Part shown: positions 25,083-36,920 of the stretch, piece after piece
Position numbering within the stretch: position 1 is the stretch's first letter
Layout of the letters: every line of letters starts with the position of its first letter
Source of the DNA: Kondoa subrosea
Lineage: Eukaryota
Length of the DNA stretch: 64,000 nt
Direction of reading: 5' to 3'
Assembly: GCA_039545335.1 (NCBI GenBank)
Contig: BCIN01000001.1
Coordinates: 2,291,129 to 2,355,128 of the forward strand
Translations under genes and position numbers: made by a program
Notes under the pieces: generated by a model
Database searches by the model: none
Told to the model about the DNA's origin: nothing
The model's input: the letters and a program-made list of their open reading frames with translations, nothing else

Positions 25083-26005
25083 ATGGACACGCAAATTGAG
25101 ATGCTGGCTTGTCTTCTTCAGCAATTTGCTCTGCAGCATCAGGGGAAGCGGTGCATTGTTGGACTATGTGGCATCCCTGGCAGTGGAAAAACCACGCTCG
25201 CTACAAGAATTGTAGCGCTCGTCAACGGAGGAAAAGCGCCAGAGGATCATACTGCAGTGGTTTGCGGCATGGATGGTTGGCATTTGAGGTAAACGATATT
25301 CTGGTCCGCAGAGGTTGTGCTGAGACATGTCAGAGTCGACTCTCAGTCGAGCGGAGTTGGACCAACTTGCGAATCCAGAAGAAGCACACAGGTCAGCAAC
25401 TCTGTATGTTCCATGTTATCATGCTAAATTCGATGCAGACGGCGAGGAGCCCCTTTCACCTTTGATGCATTATCTTTCGTTACCTTTCTTGAACGACTAA
25501 GCAATGCTGGGCCCGAGGAACCGGTTTTTGCGCCTTCTTTCGCCCATGAACTCAAGGATCCGGTAGCTGATAGCATCTTGTTCAAGCCTCAGCATCGTAT
25601 TGTTTTGATAGAAGGAATCTATCTGTCTCTATCGGACTATCCATGGTGTCAAGGGCATCAATATTTCGATAAGATCTGGCTGCTCGAGTGTGATAGATCT
25701 AGAGCTAAGCAGAGGCTGATCAAGAGACATGTTTTGACTGGTGTGACCACGAACGAAGAGGAGGCCGTGGAGAGAGGTGCGCCTATTGAAATCTGTTTCT
25801 CTTTCGCTATGGTATTAAGACACCTCGCAGCTGAGCTCAACGATTTACCCAATGGAGAATATATGTTATCTCATGTTAGTCTATTCGTGATCAACCGATT
25901 CTCTGGCTAATGGTAAAACAGAGCATCGACTTCGATCTGCGAATACCGAGCATAGAAGATCGTGAAGTAAGGAGTCATGAAGTGCGAGAAGAAGAGCTAC
26001 AATGA
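25083..26005 (+). CDS. Yfh7-like P-loop kinase (phosphoribulokinase/uridine kinase/pantothenate kinase superfamily)
   Basis: IVGLCGIPGSGKTT Walker A; MDGWHL..R..LD; RRGAPFTFD; APSFAHELKDPV; IVLIEGIYL; RLIKRHVLTGV...AELNDLPNG. Stop TGA at 26003-26005. Confidence 0.82.
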
Positions 26006-26040
26006 CTGTGCATTTCGAGATACATTTGTGCCCACCCATG

Positions 26041-26873
26041 TCAATTCCTCCTCTTTCTTTTCGAAGGCGGTGGAGCTGCTTCGTCGGATACAGCTGCCTT
26101 TGCTAGCCTTTCCGCCTTCTTCTTTACACTGTTGGCTGCGGCACCGTTGACCTTTCCCGTACCAGATGATTCCTGATTGCCTACATCCCTACCTCGAGCT
26201 TTCTTTGTTCCTCTTGTACTCTTCTTGCCGCGCTTTGTGGACTGCTCTTCTTCCTCGCTGCGCTGTTGACCTTTCTCGCCTTCTTCCTCATCTGCTTCCG
26301 ACCCCTCCGCTTCGGTCAAGGGTGAACCAGCGTCTGTCAGTGGGGATTCCGCTTCTTCTTCTTCATCATCTTCTTGATCCTCATCATCAGCAGCTGCGAG
26401 ATCTTCTGCTTGTGATGTATCTTCTTGACCTCCTGCAGGAGGTTCCGCGAAGCGACGCTGAAACAGCAAATTAGAAAGGTCGTGATCTTGCGTTCTTTGA
26501 GCTGTAGCTTCCAAATCAAATCCAAGCAAGGCTACAGTATGTCTTGAGCTCTTTGAAGACGAAGAAGAGCTGGTGGAGGGAGTAGAGCGTAAAGCAGCAG
26601 ACATTTCAGCATCCTGTTCTCCGTCACCGTAATTGAGCAACTGAGATGCGTCAGAGACGCATTGACTGGACGTACCAGAGAGTCCATATCCTTCAGATTA
26701 TACCACTCCTCCAGCTTTGCCCAAAGCGTATCAGCATCTATGCTTTTGCCCAATTCATTGAGAAGCATAGTTTGCATCCCTGCCATTGCAAAATGCTTGT
26801 TTAGGCCTAGAGGACGATATCTGATTACTGCACGCAGAAAAGCTATCTGGAAGTCCGTTGATGTGTTAGTCAT
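26041..26873 (-). CDS. EAF7: NuA4 subunit Eaf7 (CT20/MRGBP family)
   Basis: FQIAFLRAVIRYRPLGLNKHFAM...LWAKLEEWYNLKDMD matches the CT20 domain. One intron, then an acidic and basic tail with a C-terminal NLS-like KRKRR. Confidence 0.82.
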
Positions 26874-27076
26874 GGCGGTTATTGAAGAAGATAACAGTGC
26901 TAATTATTGATGTGAGAGTGAAGCAGAGCAGGACAGACGCTGTGCTAAGGAGTGGCGCTAAGTGCTGGCTCAGCGCGTGCGCAAAGCCATCGAAACTTCC
27001 GGGACAGGCAAAGCCCATTTGATCGGTTTCAATACATTACATCCATTTACCGCTTACTATACAGGTCGGCACCATA

Positions 27077-30000
27077 TTAGATGCTTTCATCGTTCGCATA
27101 ACCAAGTCTGCTCGGAATGGAAGCTTAGCTAGTACGCTCAGCGAACACTGTACAACTAAACTCACCTGCGCATCTCAGCCAATTTGCGTCGAGCGTCTGT
27201 AAGTCTTCGCTCGGCACTAATGACCTCCACAGCAGCTTCCATCTCCCTAGTCTTAAACTCGTGAGCTGTTTGACAGCGTAAGCATCTCGTAACAGTATGA
27301 CCATCAACACGCACAAGCCATATTTCCGTAATCAAGCACTTCATCATCATTCTGCATCTGTTTGGCAGTAATGGCTTTGACCTGTTTGACAAGTGCTTTG
27401 CAGGCATCTGAGACGGCTTTAGCAGCTATCTCAAGCTTCTCTTGCGACTTGGACATGAAAGCCGATTTGACTCGAGAAGCTTGCACTAATTGAGCAGTTG
27501 CAGCCGCAACTTCATTGGAAGCGACAATAAGTTGATCCAGCGATCGGGTCCCCGAAACCACACCATCGGCAGTCTCAATCAAGGTTGTTGTCGCCCATGC
27601 CACGGCTCGTGCTGCACTGACCAAACCTTCTGTCCAGCGGTTGTTCTTTTTGTAAAAGGCTTGCGCAGAGCTGGAACCACGACCTTGAGCGACTATTTCT
27701 TGTTGCGAGGCAGTAGCTGCAGCGATCAATCTTCCGATTGCTCCAGTAATGGCCATTGCCGCTGATAAGATTGCATCGTGTACTTGGATGTCGATATGTG
27801 AGTGTCGAGACGAATCTTTTGGCCGGTTCATGAGATTCTGCAGCTTGTTTGTTGCATCTTCAATTGCTCTAGCAGCCGCTGACATTTCTTGCTCGACCAG
27901 ATCTCCAATATCTCCATTCGCTTTCGACAAAGAACTTTTCGGCGTCAATTGCTCGACAGCAGTAGCTAGAGTTTGCAAAGCATTTCGAGAATCCATACTG
28001 TTGCTGAGCACAACCTCTCGCTTGCTCGGCAAGGAAGAGCCTTGTAATCGGGAAGATTGCAGAGATAGGAGGAAGCGGACAATCACCTCTCCTGGTGTCT
28101 TGGCTCTTTGAACCAGCTTTTCAACCGCATCGTCATCGGAAGCAAGTCTGGTTATACCCTTGACGTTTGCAAGGACTTCTGCTATAGCCTGAGCGAGGTT
28201 GTTCGCAGTCATGATCACTTGTACATGCTCGCCGCCTTTTTCTCCGCTGAGGTAAAGACTGAAGGTCGAGGAAAATTCCATTACTGAAGCTTGGGCTTGC
28301 TCGATCGCAGACAAGGAGAGTTGAGGAGTAGCGTTTGAATTGCCGACAGACATAGCAGATTCTAAATCGTAGATGGAATCGTCAACTTTGCCGACACAAC
28401 CTTGCAAGATCGAATCGATGATTTTATTCAGCTTGTTGTGTTGATCCAAAAGAAGAGCGTCAATTTGAGCATTCACTGCCGAATCAGCTTCGCCCTTGTC
28501 AGTATGGGAATCGACCAGTCTGTTTGTGGTTTCATCGAGCGAGAATTGCATGATCTCGATTTCTTGATCTTTCTCTTGCCGCACGCGTTCGATTTCCCCA
28601 TTGCGCTCTTCGATCTTGAGTAACAGGTCGTCAATCTGCATTTGCTTAGACTACGATATAGCGGACAAGATGAATCAGATTGCGAAACAGAGACAAATCC
28701 TGAACTTACCCGCAACGATTCTTCGAGCTCTGTCAGCTGCCTGTTGTATTTCCCAAGCAGACCGGATACCTCTGAGCTTTTATTGCGTGTTGCGTCATCA
28801 GCTCGTTCTTCGGCAAAGCGAAGATCCCGCTTCAATCTTTCGACCTCATCTTTCTGGCTCTGCGTAGGCACTGGTGTCAGTCTGAACTACGTTAATAGAG
28901 ACGGACGTACGCTTTTCAACCTATCGGTCTCAAAGCGAGCTCGGTCCCTTTCTCTGATCATATCGGCTAACTCCAGATTCTTACTCTTCATGTCGCGTTC
29001 CATACGTTCCATCTTATCGATGCTTTCTTGAGCTGAATTTGCTTTAAGTGAGATCTGTTTCTGCTTAGCTAGCAGATCCAGATGTTCGGCTCGCAGTTGA
29101 GTGTAAAGTTTAGCCAATGCTTCATACTTGTTGCGCCAGAGAGTGACTTGGTCCATTAGCGATTTCTGCATTTCATCTTTTGAGTTGAGCTGGGCTTGTA
29201 TATTTGCACCAATGCCGGCCAATTCAGTCTCCAATGCTTTCACTCTCTGCAAAGTTCTCAGCTCCGAGCGTTGCAATAATCGCTCGATATAGACTTACTC
29301 GATCATATTGTTCCAACATCATCTGATCTCGCTCGTATTGCCCTCTCATGCCGAGGATCTCCCTTTCTAATTCCATCTGCCTGCTAGAGTATTGCATTTG
29401 ATGTTGCTGCTGCTGTTGTCTGAGCAATTCTTCTTGAGCCTGTCGCTCGCGCTCTTGCTGCATTCGTTGCTGTTCCTCGAATTCTCGTTGAGATCTCGCT
29501 TGCTGTTCAGCTAACCTCCTTGATTCCGCTTCTCGTTCATTCTGTAAGCGCGTTTGTTCAGCTTTCTTATCTTCAAACTCTTTGAGCATTCGAGCTTGTT
29601 CGTTGACATCTGCTGAAGGTGCCCTAGGCGGATCCTTCGGTCCTTCGGTGCGCTCCTTTTTAGGCGGAGGCATGAAATCAGGAGCTACATCTGTCAGATT
29701 TGGCGGGTCTTGAGGAAGTTTAGGGACATTGATCAAAGCAGTAAGGTATTTGAGATTCGAGCATTCGTAGTAGAAACGTCTTAGGTTGTGATGTTGCGAG
29801 TTGAAACGGCTTCTTAGAGGGTCCAGCACATCGTTAGCCTCGATTTCTGCAGGCAGGCAGTCAACGCAGTTCAATGAGTTTTGTAAATAGGCTTACGTCT
29901 GTGCATAGCTCGCAACATGCTTGTTACGAAGCGATATATACCATAGCTTTCCTTCACTTGAGGGACGAGAGCTGAAATACGACATTCGTTATTTGTACTT

Positions 30001-30792
30001 GCGCGGAAGTGTGCGAAGATCAGCTTTTGAAAAGAGTCGATTTGGTCTTGCAAGTTCATAAGATCTGTGATAGTTTCGTAGCCTTCGTTTGGGTCGTCGA
30101 TACCGCGCAAGGTAACATATTCTTCGTAATCGAAGACCCCATTGAAGTCGCGGTGATTCCGGTGAAAGCGAAGTTTGGCCAACAGAAGAGTAACATAGGC
30201 TCGGATCAATGGACCATAGCCTCTTTGACCTTCGCTTCCTACTGCCCTTGAGCAACTCTCTAGCCAATCAGCATTATCTTGAGCTTCTCGAAGACACTAT
30301 ACGATGTGCATGTCAGCACGATTTTGTCATATAAGCCTCCGTTGGTGTGGATTGACTTACAACTTTATGGCCGTCTTGTAATATCTTGTGTACGGTGACT
30401 AGAGCCTTGAAAGCGGATACTTCATCTGACAGAACTGGAAGCACTCTCAAGCCTGTCCATATTGAATGCGAAGACTTGTAGTCCCACGTGTACACGATAC
30501 ATTCTGTGCGACAAGTGATCATCAGCTACCGTATATAGCTAGTTAACAGAAACAGCGCTCACTCCGAACATGTTTGGGTTTGGGCGCTGTCTCTTCTGCT
30601 GTTGTCGCTTTCTTGATATTCAAGGCCAATTCAGCTTCTGCCTTGTCCTTATCAACCTATACACATCCTTGAGCTCGTACATATCTGTAGGCCAATGCGA
30701 GAGCTCACAGGACGAGTTGGCTTATCGAAATGACCACAATTATTAGCATTCACAGTCTTGACAGCATCTCACGCAGCTCACGTTCGACTCAT
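27077..30792 (-). CDS. SLA2: Endocytic adaptor Sla2/End4 (ANTH, coiled coil, THATCH/I-LWEQ)
   Basis: IKKATTAEETAPKPKHVR...CIVYTWDYKSS ANTH; RFYYECSNLKYLT; FYKKNNRWTEGLVSAARAVA and LIVASNEVAAATAQLVQASRVK THATCH. Stop TAA at 27077-27079. Confidence 0.95.
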
Positions 30793-30962
30793 CAGCTCGT
30801 CGATTCCGGTCTATATAGTCGTTGCTATAATTCATCGTCGAGTACAGAGGACAATAATGAGGGGAAATTCGCGAGTGGATATCCACCTGAGAACACCGAT
30901 AGACGGATAGCTACAGTATCGAAAGCAACAGACTATGTACATACTCCACAACCTGACCAAGA

Positions 30963-33900
30963 TCAAATCCTAACAAAGAAGCTCTGCTCGCCTTCCTTTG
31001 GCGTGACTATGCTTCTCTGCAGCAATGGATCACCGACGCTGCATCGGACTGCGAAACATATCAGCTGGTTGAGCCAGACAGCACGGGCCGCTACGTACTC
31101 CTTTCACTCGTCAGAGGAGAGATGAATGGCATGAATTCCGTGATACCATTATCGGCGCGGGCTGATTTTAGAGCATCTCGTATTGCGAGGAAGACGGAAC
31201 AGCCTAGGAATAGAGGTGGTTCGCCTTGATACAGTGTTAGATATAATGCTGCAATAAACAATCCATGACAGAACATACCAACACCTTTGGACGTGGGAAG
31301 AGGGTTGAGTACGTTATACCTTGAAGAAAAAATAAGGCCCCACCTTTGGACGAATGCACAGTGCCGAGATCTGGCCATGAAGCATCTCTTAGTAAAGAAG
31401 TGTTAAACTTCTGCGGAATATCGGAGAAGCCAGGGATCTTGTAAGCACCAGGACCTAGAAGTAGAGACCGTTAAGGTTAGTATTGCCTAAAATGAATTAC
31501 GGATTCCCTTACCTCGTGTGAAAAGGCCGCCATTGTGTCGCAACCACAGACTCTCTTCAATTGTGAACAGTCCTTGACCTTGTACGAAGGCACCTACGAG
31601 AAAGTATCAGCACTTCCACTTCAGAAGAACAAGGGAGCTGACCCATTATCTGTCCAGCATCTATAGCAGGATTTAATGATTTCCCGATATCCCTACAATG
31701 TGAAAGGTCAGCGACAAGTTGCCGGACTACATCGGGCCACTGACATGCGAAGGTCAACTTGTAACACCGTCGAATCGCCTGTAAGCATATCGACTTCAAC
31801 CTCGGCCAATGCTATTCCGGTTGTATAGTAGTAATAGAGGTCAGCCGGCTGTCCCACTCGAGGAGGATCACCATCTGAGACACATATATCAGCGCATGAG
31901 AGCTCGCGTATCAAGTAGTTCCTTCACAATTTTGCCAAATATAGCCAATTCTGACCGCTCGTTAGAGTGTGACGTTTACAGAGATTTGACGCATGTACTG
32001 ACTTTGGGGTAGAATAATGGCCAGTCGCAGACAAATGAACCCGGTCCACTGCGTAGAAGTATCAGCTATGCAGCAATGCTCTTCGAGATCAAACTCACTC
32101 CAAGCAGCATGAGCACTGTGCAGATCGCGTAAGCCTCGGTGCTGTAAGTTCCTAGAAGTAGCCTACATGTCCTTGAGAGTGGCATCAGCCGGTAATTTCT
32201 TGCGATAGGGTTCCAATCGTTTCTGAAGTTCCGCGCACGCGACTCGAACAGCAGCTCCGTTGAGATCGCTACCGGTCGAAGCAGCTGTTGCTGATGTATT
32301 CGGTACGGTGTTGGTCGACGTTTCGCTAACAAATACAGTATCGAAAGGAATGGATAACTCTTGCGCCTGGACAACATGTCAGATGGATGGTGAGTCAAAA
32401 TTTCGACATACTGCGATCTGACACATCTTAGTGTGTAATCCTTGACCCATCTCTGTCCCTCCGTGCGAAACCAAACAGGATCTGGAACAAAATTATGAGT
32501 ACCGGCTTTTGGCAAGAGCAGAAAATGCAGCTTACCCATCTTTATAGATGTGGACAAGCGCAGAGCCCTGTAGACCTAAATTTTAGTCAAACACGGTGCT
32601 AAGCAGGCTCCACATCCCTGGTTGAACCATTTGACCCCAAAGCTCACGCCAAATGTTGTTGGCAACAGACTTAGACCGCGCTTTCTCCACTTGTGTTCTT
32701 TATTAAATGCATCGACTTCTTGACGACGATCATGGAAATTCGCATCCGCCGAAAGCTCTTCATACATGCGCGGAACATGGTAGTCGGTGATAATCTGCTC
32801 GTAAGGCATGGAATCTCCTTCCTTAAGCATATTGATCCTCCGTATCTCGTCAACGCTCTTGCCGAGTTGATGTGCGATTGATTCGATATAGCTGCAAACA
32901 GAGTCTAAATCTAACATAGACCCAGGCATCAAAAGAACTTACCTTTCTGCAATATACATCCCTTGAGGTCCTCCAAAACTGTAATACATGTTTCAGTACA
33001 GATCCAAATTGCTTCGTTGTCGACTGACCCTCTGAAAGCAGTATTCGACATCGTATTTGTTTTGCATATCTTGCCGTGCACAAATACATTTGGTATCTTG
33101 TAGCTGTTCTGTATGTGTCCCAGTGCGCGGTCGATCACACCCGCAGAGATATCAAGCTATACACCGGAGTATTTAGCACATCTCCTCTAAGCCAACAAAA
33201 CTACATACCGAGTGACCTCCATTGCAGTACACTTTGGCTTTACTACATATACAAGGTGTTTGGGGATACTTGCCAAGCTCAGAGGGAGATCGACGAACAG
33301 TGCTTGGAGCTTTCCATCTTTATCCGTACCAACCGTCCAATGGCAAAAAAATGGATGTCGCTGGCCCGTCCTGTAGTAGCTCCAACATCAGTAATGGCTC
33401 TTGATCTAGGGCCAAACTAACGAGATCATATCAGCATCCCGATCCAGCATACATCTGACAGGTCGTCGATACTTCTTCGCGCCCATTGCCAAAATACAAG
33501 CCTACACGCCTAAATCCATACAGCTCATGTATATCGGAAGTCACTTACAAGCTGAACACTCCCTTTTGACAGCGAATGAGCATTGTTTTTCACACAAAGC
33601 AACGGGCAGCTTACTCGTTTCTTTGCCGCCACTATATCATAGAAGCATAAGAAAAAATTTGTAAGTAGCAATGGATCTTACAAGCCTCCTCCAAGTCTTT
33701 TTGTCCGCGCGATCAGCTTGTTTGAATCAACTCCCTGTTGAACAACCTGAGCATAGTGCGATACGGACGCTCGTGAGCGCTTACAGTGACTTGAGCGACA
33801 TATTCCTGTACTTCCGTCGGATTCTGTGTCGATGAGAATATTTCCATTTCACCGTCTTCCAATTTCGGCAGAACGATACAGGCATTCGTTTCGAGATAGA

Positions 33901-36759
33901 AATGTTCTTTGGACATATGAGCATCTTAAAATGTGGTTATGAGAGCCTCACCTTGTCCGCCCATTCTCGCTGAGCCTTCGAAGACTTTATCGCATTTGGC
34001 CAAAGACTCGTCAATGTCTTCACCGCATCGCATGATTTTATCATACGGGTGGAAGCTCGAGGCTTCTATAGCTTCTTCCATTGTAAGTATAGGTGGAAGA
34101 ACCTCATATCTGACCACTACAGCTCTGACAGCTGCCTGAGCTTGAAACTTGGTCTCGGCTAAAATGAGTCCTATCGGTAGACCAGCAGATTGAACATCAT
34201 CAACAGCTAAGAAAGGCTCTTTGCCGCCTGTAGCAGATTTTAGTCAAGTAATGGTTTGGCTCAGACGATCGACTGACCGGGTAACCCCCAGTAATTGCTC
34301 TCCGGCGAGGGCAAGTCGTGATAGTCAATCCAACCGTGTACACCTTCCATAGCGAGCGCTTTTGTGGTATCGACTTCGAGTATTTTCGCATGCGCTCTGT
34401 CAGACAGGAGCATCCATCCATATAGCTCATTGTGAAAGCGAGGCATATCGTCAACATCTGCGTGGGCTCAGCACTCGCCTTTTGGTTTTTTGTTTGATCA
34501 AACGACTCACAAATCGCTTCACCCGTGACATGCTTGCCGCCAGAAAAATGAGGCAATTGTCGTCCAACAACCTCTTGCGCGTACGGAGCACAGTTATCAT
34601 TGACACCTGATGAAAGTTCTCGGTGAATTTGAGTGGTAATGTCCTTGACTTGAGCTGGTAATAGAGAAGGTGACAGTTCGAGTTCTTCGATAACCTCGTG
34701 CCAGAATTTGTAAAAGAAGGATAAAGTCAAAGTCTTTCGATAACTGGCCATGTCCCCTGGTACATTGAATGGTAGAGCGAATTCGGATTCGAGAGCAGCC
34801 AAAACAATTTCGAGTGTTCCCTTGTCTGCGAATGGTTCACCAATAAGGGCCTCTGATGCTTCTTTCGCTTCAACGGTAAAAGGAGCCATTCCACCATAAA
34901 CTAGGCCACAATCTTTGACCATGCCTAGGGCGTCCAAAGTGACGGAAAGACAACTTGTGACAATGCTAATGTCGTCGTCCCGACGCTTAGCTTGTTTATA
35001 AGCTTTTACCACCACCCGATCTGCGGAAGATTGATTCAGAGGGACTTTTATCTTCGTCAAGATAGCGTTTTCAGGCAAAGCGGTCTTGCGGTAACCCTGA
35101 AAGAAGTCTTTTAGGGGCAATTCGAAGACTCCTTTATCACTCGATTGTGCAACCAAAATGGCCTTCGACGCGAGCAAGACAGGATTCAGATCACTGATTG
35201 GCGAGGCTGTCGCTAGATTGCCAGAGGAACTCGCGACATTGCGCACTTGTCGACCGGCAAAATAACGCAACTGATGGTGTATTGCTGCAAGGACGCTTGC
35301 TTTTCGAGGTCCTAATTCTTTGTGGATTTCCTTGCAGAGCGTTTCCAGCTCAAACAAGGGCAAGTTTGCTCCGAATTCAAAGTATTCGGAAGTTGCGGAA
35401 GGTCGTTCATGACCGGTGAGTTCCTGGATATCCGCAACGTAAATGCAAACATTATACGGAGCAGCCTTGAACTTCATCTCAATCTGGACTTCACTACTTC
35501 CAGATACGATTTTGGCCTTGGGATAGGCATTTTTCATCTGAATCAGCTGTTCGAGCGTTACCGGCCTGAGCCAGAGTCGGAAGTCATTGCCAAAAGCTAG
35601 AGCTTTGGATTGATGAGAGCGTAGGGCAGGCGGATAAATGAGTTCAGTGCCAGGTTTGTATGGTTTGAAATCGAAGACGGGAAAGATAGGTAGAGGTTTG
35701 TCTGATTTCGATCCTCCATTCATTTTGCAGCAGTCCTTGCGTCCACAACCATTCAGTGCAGTACCAGTGTTAGTCTTGCCAATGCCTGCTTTGACACCTG
35801 TGTGATTCGTCGCGTCATGATCTACGAGACCATTAGGTGCTTTGGGCCCATCAACGTCCGCTAAAGGTGTTCCGCTGTTCACTTGCGCAGAAGCAATTCC
35901 GGAATAATCGTGACGTGGTCGAGGCACATCGATATTTGCTGCTTTCAGATTGGCTGGAATCGACAGATTATCCGTCAGTTTTCCGGCGACGTAATCCGTT
36001 ACGAAGGATTTGGCAGCGTCCAAAATGGATTTCATGCCCGTACATCGGCACAGATTACCATCCAGAACGCCTTCGAGCTCGATCTCTTCGGCACTTAAGG
36101 AGAAGCCCTTTTCATACATTGAATTCCGTAACAGAGCATAGATACTCATAACACTGTCAGGGACATGACTCAGCGTTTCTTTTTACCTGATAACGAGTGA
36201 CACCTACATTCCAGGCGTACAGAAACCACACTGAGAGCCATGAAGCGCAGCTAATCGCTGTTGAAGCGGATGCGGGTTCTCCACTGTTCCTAATGCTTCG
36301 ATGGTGATGACATGCTTGCCATCCACCATGGCCAAGGGAGCAAGACAGGCGTTCACGGCATCATGCTGTACTTTGCCAGTGCCAGGATGCCGCCGCTGTA
36401 TTACAACTGCACGATATACTTGGTAACTGTATAGTTGCAAGACTATTGAAAGCGTACCAGTGCAGGCTCCGCAACCACCTGATGCTGAATGAGTATAGTA
36501 TTGAGATAAGTCTTGACAAACAAACCTTCTCCGCCTTTGCACACAGATGAATTCAGGCAAGTGATGAGAAGAAGAGCAGAGAGGACTCACATCCCAGCTT
36601 GGTGCCAGTCAGCCCGCGTTGACTGCGAAGAAAGTCTAACAGAGTGCTTTGAGGATCCACTTGATTCGCATCCAGCTTAACAGGGCTTCCATTGATGTAA
36701 AACGATAAGTACGAAGAGTACTCTGCTAGACCATGCAGCTCTGGTGGCATATTCAGCAT
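30963..36759 (-). CDS. hxA: Xanthine dehydrogenase (2x[2Fe-2S], FAD, Moco)
   Basis: [40 protein letters not shown] domain [11 protein letters not shown] and [13 protein letters not shown]; Moco domain [49 protein letters not shown] and [12 protein letters not shown] (catalytic Glu). The gene has many introns; stop TGA at 30963-30965. Confidence 0.96.
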
Positions 36760-36920
36760 ATTGATAGTCTTGATTGGTTGAGCGGGACAAAGAGAAGATA
36801 GCCTGATTTTGAAGGTCTATCGCGGACAATCAGTGACCGATTGCGGTCTGATACTCTCTATATAGTGTCTGGATGTGTGAATGAATATCACGTAGAAGCA
36901 TCAACCTTATCGCGGCCAGA
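36760..36920. promoter_or_regulatory. Bidirectional promoter shared by XDH and Moco sulfurase
   Basis: 161 bp between divergent ATGs. It contains HGATAR sites at 36762-36767 and 36796-36801, reverse-strand GATA cores within the direct repeat TATCGCGG (36818-36825 and 36908-36915), a CGG-N11-CCG (36823-36839), a GACCG-N4-CGGTC palindrome (36835-36848) and a central TATATA-like element near 36859. Confidence 0.7.

Noticed and set aside
30963..36759. XDH as a pseudogene because the ORF track is fragmented
   Set aside because: The breaks I traced are explained by GT-AG introns and microexons, and the catalytic motifs are intact.
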